NCBI GenBank assembly: GCA_965226495.1
Contig: OZ245365.1
Location: 2,880,001-2,944,000, forward strand
DNA: 64,000 nt
Direction: 5' to 3'
Origin: Candidatus Marinacidobacterales bacterium
Lineage (GTDB): Bacteria; Acidobacteriota; Vicinamibacteria; Marinacidobacterales; DATDRI01
Below are positions 31,592 through 41,032 of this stretch, piece after piece (positions within the stretch are counted from its first letter, which is position 1; each line of letters starts with the position of its first letter). The notes beneath the pieces are model-generated. The model was not told the origin of the DNA and made no database searches. It saw only the letters and a list, made by a program, of their open reading frames with translations. The translations under genes and the position numbers were made by a program.

Positions 31592-31942
31592 TTAGTTCGA
31601 CTCGTCGTCGGGTGTAGTGACCGACACGACCTTGATCGTGTTAGTCTTTTCGTCGAGCTCCCCGGCTATGACGACTTCTCGGCCAAGGTTCTTGCTAGCG
31701 TCGGCCGCCTCGACATCTAAAATGAAGTAAGCGTTCTTAGTCGCTAACGCCCACTTGCCGCCGCGCTTGACGCAGCTCTCCGCACATCCTTTATGTTCAG
31801 CTTTCGCAACTTTCGCATAATCTTTGCCGCAATGTTCGTCTGCGATCCAACCGTTCCAAGTGCCCTTCTCCTCGGAAGCGTTGCCAAAAGCCACGAAACC
31901 GGAAAGCAATAGAATAGCTACCGCCACGCTTGTCCACTTCAT
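31592..31942 (-). CDS. Small secreted hypothetical protein with His/Cys motif
   Basis: GGAGG RBS, signal peptide, GWIADEHCG...HKGCAESCVKRG. Confidence 0.8.
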   Translation of the reverse strand: MKWTSVAVAILLLSGFVAFGNASEEKGTWNGWIADEHCGKDYAKVAKAEHKGCAESCVKRGGKWALATKNAYFILDVEAADASKNLGREVVIAGELDEKTNTIKVVSVTTPDDESN

Positions 31943-32014
31943 TGGTTGTTACCTCCAGGAACCGAGCCCTAGCATACTCACGCGCTATCACGGTGTCAAC
32001 AGAGCCGGCTCGTT

Positions 32015-32055
32015 GAATAGAGGGGAATAGAGGGGAATAAAGGGGATATAGGGAA
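32015..32055. repeat. Degenerating 10-bp purine-rich tandem repeat (GAATAGAGGG, about 4 copies)
   Basis: gaatagaggg gaatagaggg gaataaaggg gatataggg. Confidence 0.8.
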
Positions 32056-33012
32056 CTAGACGGAGAAGTCGTTCGCCTCTGGGTCGGCGGTGATCGGGGC
32101 CATCGCCCAGGCGCGTCCCAATCGTACGCAAATGTCACGCATGGGAAGTCTCGAAAAGAGCGGCAGCTGCCCTGCACCAGACGCGAGCCCGGTAAACGTG
32201 AGGGAGACCCCAACGACCGGCTCCTCCCTGCTCTTAAAGGATCCGAGAAGGCTCCGCGCGGGAACCTCGAGCTCGATAGGGCCCGACATTGGATGGGGCA
32301 ACAAACTGTAACGCTCCAAAGACACTCCATCGCGATAGACGATGGCTAGTTCCAGACCTCGCGCACCGATTCTCAACTGCTGGAGTTTCTTCGCGGCGCG
32401 CCGGCACAGAAGGCTAACCGCCCTCTCTAGCCGATTACTCCGAGACCAGTCGGGCCGATCCTCTCTACCTCGCACCAGTTTCATCAACCTTGCCACCTCA
32501 GGCCCGAGGAGGGCGCGGGCCTCGTCATCGCTAAGCGCCGCCATCTGGCCCAGAGTCGTGATGCCGCGGCGGCGAAGCGCCGCCGCCTGGGCCGGCCTGA
32601 GCTCATCCAGCTCTTCCAACGGAACTTTCGACGTGAACTGGGGTTCATACCCAGGCAGAAGCACGAGGAGACCGCGCGGCCTCGCCATCCGGGACGAGAT
32701 TCTCGCCGCGAGCCGAGTCGAGGCGATACCGACAGACGAGTCGAGGGATATGGAATGGCAGATGTCATCCCGAAGCCGTTCCGCCCAATCCATGTTCAAC
32801 ATGTTCATGCCGCCAGGAGTACTAGGGTCGATGGACGACAGAAGCACGGCCTCGTCAGCAGAAGGTCGTTCCCAACCATGGCCGTGTCGTTCCAGACACT
32901 GCTCGAAGCACTCCGTTCTGGCCAGGAGGGCTTCGAGCGTCTGCCCACCTCCTGACTCCTCGAAGAAGTTATCGAGGGCGACGTGCGCGACCTGTTGTTT
33001 ATCGCGTTTCAT
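32056..33012 (-). CDS. Degenerate Y-family (DinB/ImuB-like) polymerase homologue
   Basis: HVALDNFF (cf. HVDMDAFF), SADEA (cf. SIDEA), SVGIASTRLAARISSRMARPRG (cf. SxGxAxNKxLAKxAS..KPxG), GITTLGQM, little-finger-like region, QLPLF. Confidence 0.85.
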   Translation of the reverse strand: MKRDKQQVAHVALDNFFEESGGGQTLEALLARTECFEQCLERHGHGWERPSADEAVLLSSIDPSTPGGMNMLNMDWAERLRDDICHSISLDSSVGIASTRLAARISSRMARPRGLLVLLPGYEPQFTSKVPLEELDELRPAQAAALRRRGITTLGQMAALSDDEARALLGPEVARLMKLVRGREDRPDWSRSNRLERAVSLLCRRAAKKLQQLRIGARGLELAIVYRDGVSLERYSLLPHPMSGPIELEVPARSLLGSFKSREEPVVGVSLTFTGLASGAGQLPLFSRLPMRDICVRLGRAWAMAPITADPEANDFSV

Positions 33013-33019
33013 CCTACTG

Positions 33020-33135
33020 GCTCAGTGCGGGCTCGCTCCTTCAGCAGTGCGGCGGGGCCCCACCACCCCCACCGCCGCCCCTTCGCCGGCAAGCGGCTTC
33101 GGGCCAGCTGATGGCTCCCCGCGCAGGGGGCAGTG
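33020..33135. repeat. Dispersed REP/MITE-like repeat, shorter copy
   Basis: About 100 bp closely similar to 41753-41855, plus a shared 5' GCTCAGTGCG. Confidence 0.85.
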
Positions 33136-33184
33136 ACTTCGTGCGCACTCTGTGAGCAATTGGTGTCAAATACGGTCGAACCGA

Positions 33185-33505
33185 TTAGTGAACGGGCTTT
33201 TTGCCCCAACCGACGTTCGAATACGAGTCTTGATAGATCCGCATATTTTCCTGCAGGGCCGCGGTGAGGGCGGGAATGAACTGAACGGGGACGACGATCT
33301 TGGCTCGTATCGGGGCCTCGACGACATGAGTCGACCCATCCGGCGCCTTCTTGAACTCACGCTCTTCGATAGGAAGCATTTCGCAAAAGGTCAGCGTGAA
33401 ATCGAAGGGAGTGTGGGTGATCGCGCAGAAATTGGCGTATGTCCGCCCGGTCGGTTCGGTTTCTTTTGGAATCACCGTGAAGTTGATTTGTTTCTTTTGT
33501 TCCAT
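33185..33505 (-). CDS. DUF3467 family protein
   Basis: GGAGG RBS; YANFCAITHTPFDFTLTF...ALQENMRIY pattern. Confidence 0.8.
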   Translation of the reverse strand: MEQKKQINFTVIPKETEPTGRTYANFCAITHTPFDFTLTFCEMLPIEEREFKKAPDGSTHVVEAPIRAKIVVPVQFIPALTAALQENMRIYQDSYSNVGWGKKPVH

Positions 33506-33551
33506 CTAAACCTCCTTTTAGCGTGGCTTTGACCGGCTTTGGTCGGGCCGC

Positions 33552-34154
33552 TCAGTATTTCCTCATTAGGCCGATCACGACACCCTGGATCTTCACTTCC
33601 TCTTCCTTTGCGATAATGGGCTTCATCGTGGGGTGGGCTGGCTGCAACCGAATTTGCGCTTTCTCCCGATAAAATTTCTTGAGAGTAGCGTTCTCCCCTT
33701 CTAAGAGGGCCACCACCATTTCTCCATTCCGAGCCGAGTTGCGGTTCTCGACGATGACGTAATCCCCGTCGCGAACCTGGTCATCGACCATCGATTCGCC
33801 TTTCACCTTCAGCACGAAGACATCTCGCCGGCCGATCATGTCTTCCGGCACCGCCACGACTTCACTCGTGCGGATGGCCTCGATGGGCTGCCCGGCGGAA
33901 ATCAAGCCCACCAGGGGTACGTCTCGAGCTTCTGGCTTGGGCTGGGAAGGCACGACCTCGATGGCTCGGGCTCGGTTCCAATGACGACGAATCAACCCCT
34001 TCTCTTCAAGATGAACGAGGTGCTTGTGAATCGTCGAGATCGAGTTCAGCTTGAAATGTTCGCTGATCTCAACCAGGCTGGGGGCATAGCCGTTCTTGCG
34101 AATGGACTCCTCGAGATAATCCAGGATCTGTTTCTGGCGTTTGGTCAGAATCAT
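33552..34154 (-). CDS. lexA: SOS repressor LexA
   Basis: LTKRQKQILDYL, HL..LEEKGLI, Ala-Gly cleavage site ISAGQP, catalytic Ser (GESM) and Lys (ATLKK). ATG 34154 follows an RBS. Confidence 0.95.
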   Translation of the reverse strand: MILTKRQKQILDYLEESIRKNGYAPSLVEISEHFKLNSISTIHKHLVHLEEKGLIRRHWNRARAIEVVPSQPKPEARDVPLVGLISAGQPIEAIRTSEVVAVPEDMIGRRDVFVLKVKGESMVDDQVRDGDYVIVENRNSARNGEMVVALLEGENATLKKFYREKAQIRLQPAHPTMKPIIAKEEEVKIQGVVIGLMRKY

Positions 34155-34186
34155 GGACCTTTCTCCCGTCTTCAGACCATATTTAA

Positions 34187-34202
34187 CGAAAGAAAAGCGA
34201 AA
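34187..34202 (-). promoter_or_regulatory. Candidate LexA operator: TTTCG direct repeat with 11-nt period
   Basis: Minus strand TTTC-gcttttc-TTTC lies directly after a TTGCTT -35-like hexamer and resembles the GTTC-N7-GTTC LexA box. Confidence 0.5.
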
Positions 34203-34278
34203 AAGCAAGGGAAATTTATAGTAGATTTACGTGTTATAAATAGGACTTGAAGCATTTTCGAACTTTGGAGGCTTACCA

Positions 34279-34620
34279 TTGGCAAACGACCTAGCGAAAA
34301 TGGAGTGTGTCCCGTGCCGCGGCGGTGTGCCCCCCGTCCGAGGCGATGAATTAAAAGCACTCGAGCGAAGGCTCGGTGGCGCCTGGCGGACGGTCGACCA
34401 ACATCATCTAGAGAAAGAGTTCTCATTCAAGGATTTCCGGGAGGCACTCGCCTTCACGAACCAAGTGGGAGAGCTCGCAGAGGCCCAGGGGCACCACCCC
34501 GACGTCTATCTGGCCTGGGGTAAGGTCAGGCTCACCATATGGACCCACAAGATCGATGGCCTGACGGAAAGCGACTTCATCTTGGCTGCCAAAATAGATG
34601 AGCTTTCGGCCGCTGGCTAA
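34279..34620 (+). CDS. phhB: Pterin-4-alpha-carbinolamine dehydratase
   Basis: CVPCRGG, FKDF, AEAQGHHPD, WTHKIDGLTESDFILAAKID. Confidence 0.92.
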   Translation: MANDLAKMECVPCRGGVPPVRGDELKALERRLGGAWRTVDQHHLEKEFSFKDFREALAFTNQVGELAEAQGHHPDVYLAWGKVRLTIWTHKIDGLTESDFILAAKIDELSAAG

Positions 34621-34632
34621 GGGAGGAGGTTT

Positions 34633-35469
34633 CTAGAGAGTCGGTACCCCCGATCGCCGCCGCCCGACCGAAAATGCCTTCTCGAGTTGCTCGAGCTCAG
34701 CTTCGGAAAGTTCGATCTCCGAAGCTTGGTGATTCTCCGCCACGTGATCGGAGTTCGAGCTCTTCGGAATCGTGAACAGGCTTTCACGTCGAGTCAAGAA
34801 CGCGAGCGCGACCTGTCGCGCGCTGGTGCCTCGCGAGCTCGCGACCTCCCCGAGCACCTTGGCTCTCTCGCCACGCAAAACGAAACGGCCAGAGTAAAAG
34901 GGGCTGTAGCCAACCACGGTCACACCATGTTCTTCACACCACGGCAAGACCTGCCGCTCGATGGTTCGTTCCTGGAGGTGATAGAGCACCTGGTTGCACG
35001 CGATCTTGTTTAGGCCGGCTATGCGCTCGGCCTCTTCGAGTCCGGAAACGTCGAAGTTGCTCAAGCCGTATGATCGAATCTTCCCCTCCGCGACTAACTC
35101 TTCGAAGGCCTTGATGGTCTCCTCGAGAGGATGAGTTCCCGGCCAATGGAGTAAGTAGAGATCGAGATAGTCGGTGCCGAGCCGTTTCAGGCTGGCTTCA
35201 CAGGCTCGCAGTGTCCCACGATAGGAGGCGTTGCTCGGCATGACCTTGGAGGCCAAAAAGGCATCGCCACGACGACCGTCGATCGCTTTCGCCACCAAGC
35301 GCTCGACCTTTCCATCTCCATACATCTCCGCGGTATCGATGTGATTCATCCCCAAGTCGAGACCGCGTCTTAGCGCCCGAACCGCCTGGGTCGCCTCGTC
35401 TCGCTCCATGTTCCAAGTACCCTGCCCAACGATGGACACCGAGGCGTTCCCGAGCGTACGTAATTTCAC
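34633..35469 (-). CDS. Aldo/keto reductase
   Basis: GQGTW, IDTAEMY, DYLDLYLLHWP, GLSNF, NQVLY, IPKS. Confidence 0.93.
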   Translation of the reverse strand: MKLRTLGNASVSIVGQGTWNMERDEATQAVRALRRGLDLGMNHIDTAEMYGDGKVERLVAKAIDGRRGDAFLASKVMPSNASYRGTLRACEASLKRLGTDYLDLYLLHWPGTHPLEETIKAFEELVAEGKIRSYGLSNFDVSGLEEAERIAGLNKIACNQVLYHLQERTIERQVLPWCEEHGVTVVGYSPFYSGRFVLRGERAKVLGEVASSRGTSARQVALAFLTRRESLFTIPKSSNSDHVAENHQASEIELSEAELEQLEKAFSVGRRRSGVPTL

Positions 35470-35581
35470 GACCGTGAGTTTACATGAAGCCGCGTCAGGT
35501 CATCCTTGCGGCGGGCATCATCCAACCATGGCGTCAACTGAGAGGTGGCCGGACACCAGCGCCACTACGTGTGGCCAGGGT

Positions 35582-36373
35582 CTAAGCTTCGACGACGGTG
35601 AGGAGAACGCTGCGCATCAAGCGCAGGCGGGCATTCTCGATCGCGACCGAAGCGTGCTGGGCGAAGATGGTCACCATTCGCATATGGTAATCGGTGAACC
35701 TCTGGTCTGGGTCGTCGGTAACAATCCCCACATTGATGACGCCCATGACGGTGTCTCGAAGATGGAGAGGTGCAGAGATTGAGTAGCGGGCAGGCGTCTT
35801 GTGGTCGACGAGAGATTGGAATCGGTCGTCCTGCGCCGCTGACCCACTCAAGAGCACCGGCTTGCGATGCTCGATCACCCACCCTGCGACGCCATCGCCG
35901 ATTCGTTGCTTGGTCTCGGTGACGATGTCCTCGTTGATTCCCTCTGCGGCCGCGATCACTAGGTGCTCTTCGTCCTCGTCGAGCAACATCAGTGAGCCCC
36001 GATTCCCACCGACTAGCTGCAACCCAGCACTCAGCACCGCGGCGAACGTCCGTTCAGGGCTGGCGCTGGCGTTGACGGTGGCGATGGCCCGATAGAGTCC
36101 CGAAAGCTCTTTGAGTCGTGCCTCGAGGTCGGCCGATTTGTCCTGCTGGTCGGAAAGCTCGTTGCTAAGCTCCACCTGCTGTTTCCTCAGACGCCTTTCC
36201 TTACCGACTGCATAAAGACAAGAGAGAAGGGCGAGGACCGTCAACACGGAAATCGTGTCCGCCGGATACTGGTGGTAGGACATATAGGTGATGGCGGCCA
36301 GCAGGACCAAGAGGATCCAGAGGACGAAGTGGAAGAGCATGCTTCTCGCGTTGTCGAGCCGCTTGGATTCCAT
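35582..36373 (-). CDS. Membrane-anchored GAF-domain protein with no output domain
   Basis: Two TM helices, coiled coil, GSLMLLD, GDGVAGWV, ISAPL, GVINV, ASVAIENARL. Confidence 0.85.
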   Translation of the reverse strand: MESKRLDNARSMLFHFVLWILLVLLAAITYMSYHQYPADTISVLTVLALLSCLYAVGKERRLRKQQVELSNELSDQQDKSADLEARLKELSGLYRAIATVNASASPERTFAAVLSAGLQLVGGNRGSLMLLDEDEEHLVIAAAEGINEDIVTETKQRIGDGVAGWVIEHRKPVLLSGSAAQDDRFQSLVDHKTPARYSISAPLHLRDTVMGVINVGIVTDDPDQRFTDYHMRMVTIFAQHASVAIENARLRLMRSVLLTVVEA

Positions 36374-36641
36374 GGACGAACCCCTTCGCCTGAGTTTTAT
36401 CGCTGCTCGTCACACCGACGCGGCGCAAGTTAGCAGAGATCTTGTACTTTTCTCGTTTGTGAAGCTGTAACTATAGAGTACAGGAAGGGATGACTTCCGA
36501 CAAGTGGTCTTGGCAAAGCCTGCGCACGGGACCCCGGGCCGCTTCGTGAAAAAGAAGAGCTCTTTTTTTTCAGACGAGCGAGACAAAAACTCGTTGTGGG
36601 GTACGGGTTTAGACCGTTAGGCCTGTAACTCTGGGAAAGAA

Positions 36642-37112
36642 TCAGCCGCGGCGGATGCCGACCACGCGCCCGGCTTCCTCGGGCCTGGGTAGCTCTTTCT
36701 GCCCTTCGTAGATCGCCTCGAGCTTGGCCCGGGCCGAAGCAGGCATTGCCGCCGATCGTCGACTCTTGAAATCGACGTAGGTCGAAAGATGCTCATCGGT
36801 CGCCGCCAGATAATTCTCCTCCTCATGAAACATCTTCATGAAGTAATGCGCACGTTTTTCGTCGTGGTCCAAGACTTGAACCGTGACCAACAACGGATCG
36901 TCGACTTTGAGCTCCCTCTGGTAGGTGATGTGATCTTCGAGGGCAAACATGGAACCGCCTCCCTTCCTCGCTGAGGCTTCTCCGAGGCCTATTCGATGGA
37001 GGAACTCGTCGGTGCCCCTATCGAAAACCAGGTGGTAGTAGGCGACGTTCAGATGGCCGTTGTAGTCGATCCAACTCGGCTCGACCCGGGTCCTTAAGAG
37101 TTCGATCGGCAC
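36642..37112 (-). CDS. Hotdog-fold thioesterase family protein
   Basis: WIDYNGHLNVAYY, YQREL, DHDEKRAH. Confidence 0.9.
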   Translation of the reverse strand: MPIELLRTRVEPSWIDYNGHLNVAYYHLVFDRGTDEFLHRIGLGEASARKGGGSMFALEDHITYQRELKVDDPLLVTVQVLDHDEKRAHYFMKMFHEEENYLAATDEHLSTYVDFKSRRSAAMPASARAKLEAIYEGQKELPRPEEAGRVVGIRRG

Positions 37113-37324
37113 TGCCCCTCCTCCTGAAGGAGTACATCACAGCAGACCGCGAATCAAACGCGACGGAGCGCATTCATAATGAAAATCACCCTCGTTTCGC
37201 ATGGGTCGATTGCCTGCCAAACCTGCTCTTGTGTGGGTAACGGTTTTGAAGTATCCTCCCTCCTTCCTAAAGACAGTAGGGGTTCCTGAGGCAAGAACGA
37301 AACAAGTAACTGAGGAGGTAATGT

Positions 37325-37999
37325 ATGACTAAGGAATCCGACTATTTCGGTCGGCTCGCGGTTTGGGTCGGCTTGGCCGTCGCACTCGTCGTGGGTCTCA
37401 TGACGGCGCCCGTCGATGGTGTTCGGGCACAAGGCCCTGGTGTCAAACAAACGGAGAAACTGGCCGACAAAGCGAACGACACCGTCGGGTCGATCCGGGC
37501 CGCCAAACTGCAGATCAAGGATACGTTGGTGGCCTACAACTTGCTGGTTGGCAACAAGGTCGAGGACCCGAAGAAAACCTACAAGGACCTACAGAAGGGC
37601 ATCGAGGACACCGACAAGAAGGTCGCCGAGGTCGACAAGAAGGTCGCGGCGATGCAAAAGGAAGCAGACATTCTGTTCGCCGATTGGTCGTCCAACCTCG
37701 CCAACATCAGCAGCGAAGATTTACGAAAACGGAGCGAGGAGCGGATGAATGACACGCGGGATCGCTATAACGGGATTCTCGCCGCCGGGGACAAAGCAGG
37801 AGCGGTGTTCAACCCTTTCATCGCCAGCCTCAAGGACCAGGTAGTCTATCTAGGCCATGATCTGAATCCCTCCGCCTTGGCCAGCCTCCAACCGGACGCC
37901 GACAAGCTGAACAAAGAGGCAGAGGTCTTGTTCAAGAAGATCGACGAGACGGTGGATGAAGCCAGCGGCTACATCACGTCCCTGACGCCTCAATCTTAA
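37325..37999 (+). CDS. DUF2959-like secreted helical protein
   Basis: GAGGAGG RBS, signal peptide, LFADW, DLRKRS, LKDQVVYLGHDLNPSALASL. Confidence 0.75.
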   Translation: MTKESDYFGRLAVWVGLAVALVVGLMTAPVDGVRAQGPGVKQTEKLADKANDTVGSIRAAKLQIKDTLVAYNLLVGNKVEDPKKTYKDLQKGIEDTDKKVAEVDKKVAAMQKEADILFADWSSNLANISSEDLRKRSEERMNDTRDRYNGILAAGDKAGAVFNPFIASLKDQVVYLGHDLNPSALASLQPDADKLNKEAEVLFKKIDETVDEASGYITSLTPQS

Positions 38000-38022
38000 C
38001 TTCGGCCTAACTTCAGTATGAC

Positions 38023-38055
38023 GGGGATGGGTGCGTGGCACCCGTCCCCTTTTTT
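38023..38055 (+). terminator. Intrinsic terminator
   Basis: GGGGATGGGTGC-gtg-GCACCCGTCCCC-TTTTTT. Confidence 0.9.
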
Positions 38056-38976
38056 CTACGGACTTCCTACATCGTCCATGGCACCCGTCGCCCAGGTCTC
38101 ATCCGCAGTGAAGATCGTATCGATGATCAGGTTGGGGCGAAGCCCCTTCATCTTTTTCGCGATATGCGTGCGAACCTCATCGAGCGCCTGCACACCGAGA
38201 TCCGGGGGAGTCAAAATATGAATCATCAAATAGAAGTAGCGTCCGACCCTAACCATGCGTAGAAAAGTCTTGTCGAACGAATAATCCTTCATCGCTTCAT
38301 CGAAACGCTCCTGCACTTCGCTCTGCTCGAATGCTTCCGGCGCGACCTGAAGTAGCTCCCCCACGCTGTCCTGAATCGTCTTGACCGGGACCCGGATCAT
38401 CACTACAACAATGGCGATGACCAGCACCGGATCTACGTAGGGAACCAGGTACGACCAATTAGTCCCCTGGATAAACCAGGCGATCAAGAACGACACCGCT
38501 ACACCGGAGCTAATCCCGCCATCGATGAGCCAATTCTTCGCATCCACCTCCAACAATGGAGATGCGGTACGCTTTGCGGCCCGCATCTGGAGAGCCGCGA
38601 CGAGGAAGCAACCCGCGCTAGCGAGCACGCTGTATAGGAGAGCGTAGCCAAGGCTCAGCTGTCGTCCGCCGTGCAAAACCGCGCTCACTGCCGAAGCAGC
38701 AGCGAAAGCGCAAAGGACGAGGATAATGAGGCCCTTGATGGTGTTCAGAAGCGGCTCGAAAGAGGCGTAGCCGAAATGGAACCTCTCGTCGTCCCGCCGA
38801 CGGACCAAGCGAGCGACTTTGAGTGTTATCAGCCCGAGGACGAATGCGATCGCCGAAAAGAAGCCGTCGAGCAGAATCGCTTCCGATTGGGCCAGCCAGT
38901 AAAATCCGATTCCCAAAACCGCAAAGAAGACGCTCATCACCACCGAGACCTTCAGAGCGGCGCGTTCCTTGTCCAT
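38056..38976 (-). CDS. Cation diffusion facilitator (CDF) family transporter
   Basis: SEAILLDGFFS, FHFGYASFEP, WLID, YVDP. Confidence 0.88.
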   Translation of the reverse strand: MDKERAALKVSVVMSVFFAVLGIGFYWLAQSEAILLDGFFSAIAFVLGLITLKVARLVRRRDDERFHFGYASFEPLLNTIKGLIILVLCAFAAASAVSAVLHGGRQLSLGYALLYSVLASAGCFLVAALQMRAAKRTASPLLEVDAKNWLIDGGISSGVAVSFLIAWFIQGTNWSYLVPYVDPVLVIAIVVVMIRVPVKTIQDSVGELLQVAPEAFEQSEVQERFDEAMKDYSFDKTFLRMVRVGRYFYLMIHILTPPDLGVQALDEVRTHIAKKMKGLRPNLIIDTIFTADETWATGAMDDVGSP

Positions 38977-39004
38977 CTCAAGTCTCCTGTCGCCCGAAAC
39001 GAGC

Positions 39005-39409
39005 CTATATTACATGTATCAGGACATGTCGGCTGCTGCCCCGCCGCCGGTGCTCCCAAAGGAAGACGCCTTGCCAGGTGCCGAGTCCGAGCCGACCGCC
39101 TAGCACGGGGATCGAAATGCTCGTCGCGGTGAGTGCCGCCTTGATATGAGAAGGCATATCATCGGGGCCCTCCGCGGTATGCGTAAAGAGGGTGTCGTCT
39201 TCCTTCACGAGCCGATTGAGCCAGTTCTCCAAGTCGCGGCCGGCGGCCGGGTCTGCATTCTCCTGAATGACCAGACTCGCCGAGGTGTGCTGCACCATTA
39301 CGGTGCAGAGCCCGTCGGCGACGCCGGTCTCACGTACAAGCGCTTGGACCTGGTCGGTGATCTCGTAGAGACCTTGGCGTGTCGTCGAAACGGTGAGGCG
39401 CTTGACCAT
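39005..39409 (-). CDS. yjbQ: YjbQ/UPF0047 family protein
   Basis: HTSASLVIQENADP, HTAEGPDDMPSHIK, LGTWQGVFLWEHR. Confidence 0.92.
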   Translation of the reverse strand: MVKRLTVSTTRQGLYEITDQVQALVRETGVADGLCTVMVQHTSASLVIQENADPAAGRDLENWLNRLVKEDDTLFTHTAEGPDDMPSHIKAALTATSISIPVLGGRLGLGTWQGVFLWEHRRRGSSRHVLIHVI

Positions 39410-39425
39410 GGGTGAAGCCGGTGGG

Positions 39426-40304
39426 CTAGTCGAGAAGATCGTCAATAAAAAGCAGGACCGAGCTCAGCATATCCTCTCCGGCGCTGCGCGTAGTCTGGAG
39501 CTCGACGTTGGCGTAAGGGGCGCGATTCACGGGCTCCATGGGAATCCTTCGGGTCTCCTCCTCCTCGCGCTTCACTATCCGTCGACTGCGTTCCAGGCCG
39601 CCGCTGGAGATGTAGTCCCCTATCTTGCCCAGTTCGTCGCAGTCGAGCCAAACTCCATCTTTGCGACACTCGTCGATGATGACGCCACTCGCGCGCATGA
39701 AGTTGCGCCGATGCATGTGAGCGCCGCAGACCGGGCACTTCATGTACATCACTTGGGTTTGACTCTTGTCCAACTGAGACAAGATGGGGCTCGTCCCCTT
39801 CCCTCGCCGATACTCTTCTTTGCTGCGCTGCACTTGTTGACGAACGATGCTGTCGAAGGAGTTGCCTTCGACCCACATCCCGGAGCACGAAGGGCATTCG
39901 TCCACGGTGAAATTGCCAACTTTGCGGTTAACGAGCTTCGGCTTACCGCAGCGCGGACAAGTCAACTTCCCCGTCTTCACGTCCAACGCTGCAGGAGTGA
40001 GCGGCTTGCCACAACTCGCGCAGAATTTGCTCTTCTTCGGCGTCCGGCGTAGGCAGAGAGGGCAGACCAGGCTCAGCTTCGCCGAGTCCATCGTGGGAAC
40101 GGCGCCGCAGTATCGGCAAGGAGTTTGGTTGGCGCTGCGTGAGGCGCCGCAGTTCTGGCAATGCGCGACCTCCGGCGTATAGGAGCGCAGTCGTGGGACT
40201 TCCATGACGAAGTTGCAGGCACAGCGCAACTTTTGCCCGACGCGGTAACGGCTCACGTCCCACTGACGCTTGCACTCCTGGCATGCAATGAGCTTGGTCG
40301 CCAT
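39426..40304 (-). CDS. Multi-zinc-ribbon protein with two zf-TFIIB-like domains
   Basis: Many CxxC pairs; VDECPSCSGMW and IDECRKDGVWLDCDEL. Confidence 0.85.
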   Translation of the reverse strand: MATKLIACQECKRQWDVSRYRVGQKLRCACNFVMEVPRLRSYTPEVAHCQNCGASRSANQTPCRYCGAVPTMDSAKLSLVCPLCLRRTPKKSKFCASCGKPLTPAALDVKTGKLTCPRCGKPKLVNRKVGNFTVDECPSCSGMWVEGNSFDSIVRQQVQRSKEEYRRGKGTSPILSQLDKSQTQVMYMKCPVCGAHMHRRNFMRASGVIIDECRKDGVWLDCDELGKIGDYISSGGLERSRRIVKREEEETRRIPMEPVNRAPYANVELQTTRSAGEDMLSSVLLFIDDLLD

Positions 40305-40367
40305 TTTTTCTAGAGAAGGGATTAGACCAGTCAATGATATCAAACGACTCGGAGAACTGGAAAGTCG

Positions 40368-40934
40368 TCAGTCTCGTCCCGTGCCGGAATTTTGTCGGGA
40401 CGAGATTTTTTCCCGGTGGCCTCGCCCCTCCGGAGCCTCAGGAGCACGACGCTCGAGGCGCCCTGAATGGAGCCATCGCCTCAAGCAACGGACGTGGTGG
40501 AGACGGTAGTGGATGACGAGCCACAAGACCAAGGTGAAACCAATCGCTTCAGTGGTGAGGTTATAGGGGTTCAGCACGCTATAGACCCAATCATCTAAGG
40601 GAAGGTCGCGATAGCCGAACGTTCCGCTGAACGGCCACATGGCTGTCCAAGGACGCATCCACATTCGATCGCAGAGCTGGTGGATCCAGAGAGCAAGCGG
40701 GTAAATGAGTGGCTTCTTGAGGGCAACGAGAACTAACGTCAGGAGCAGATTGACGAGAAGCGAGTGGAAGTACACCCGGCCGTTGTTGATGGTCTCGCGA
40801 AAGATGACGAGGCCGACGGGCTTGTCGATCAAATCCGCCAGAAGAGCAAAGAAGATCACCCAACGAAGATCCGCCTTCGGTGTTGCCCAACGCGCCGGCA
40901 GAGCGGCGGATGCAATGTGTCCGAATACCAGCAT
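40368..40934 (-). CDS. YdjM-like membrane metal-dependent hydrolase
   Basis: FGH, LADLIDKP, RVYFHSL, HQLCD, MWPF. Confidence 0.8.
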   Translation of the reverse strand: MLVFGHIASAALPARWATPKADLRWVIFFALLADLIDKPVGLVIFRETINNGRVYFHSLLVNLLLTLVLVALKKPLIYPLALWIHQLCDRMWMRPWTAMWPFSGTFGYRDLPLDDWVYSVLNPYNLTTEAIGFTLVLWLVIHYRLHHVRCLRRWLHSGRLERRAPEAPEGRGHREKISSRQNSGTGRD

Positions 40935-41032
40935 GAATCGCGCGTCATTCTATGGCTTCGCGGGCGTTTGTCAATCGACTGCGCACGTCGCTGCCCATCA
41001 CTTCTGAGATAAGATAGAATAGAGAGAGAGCT

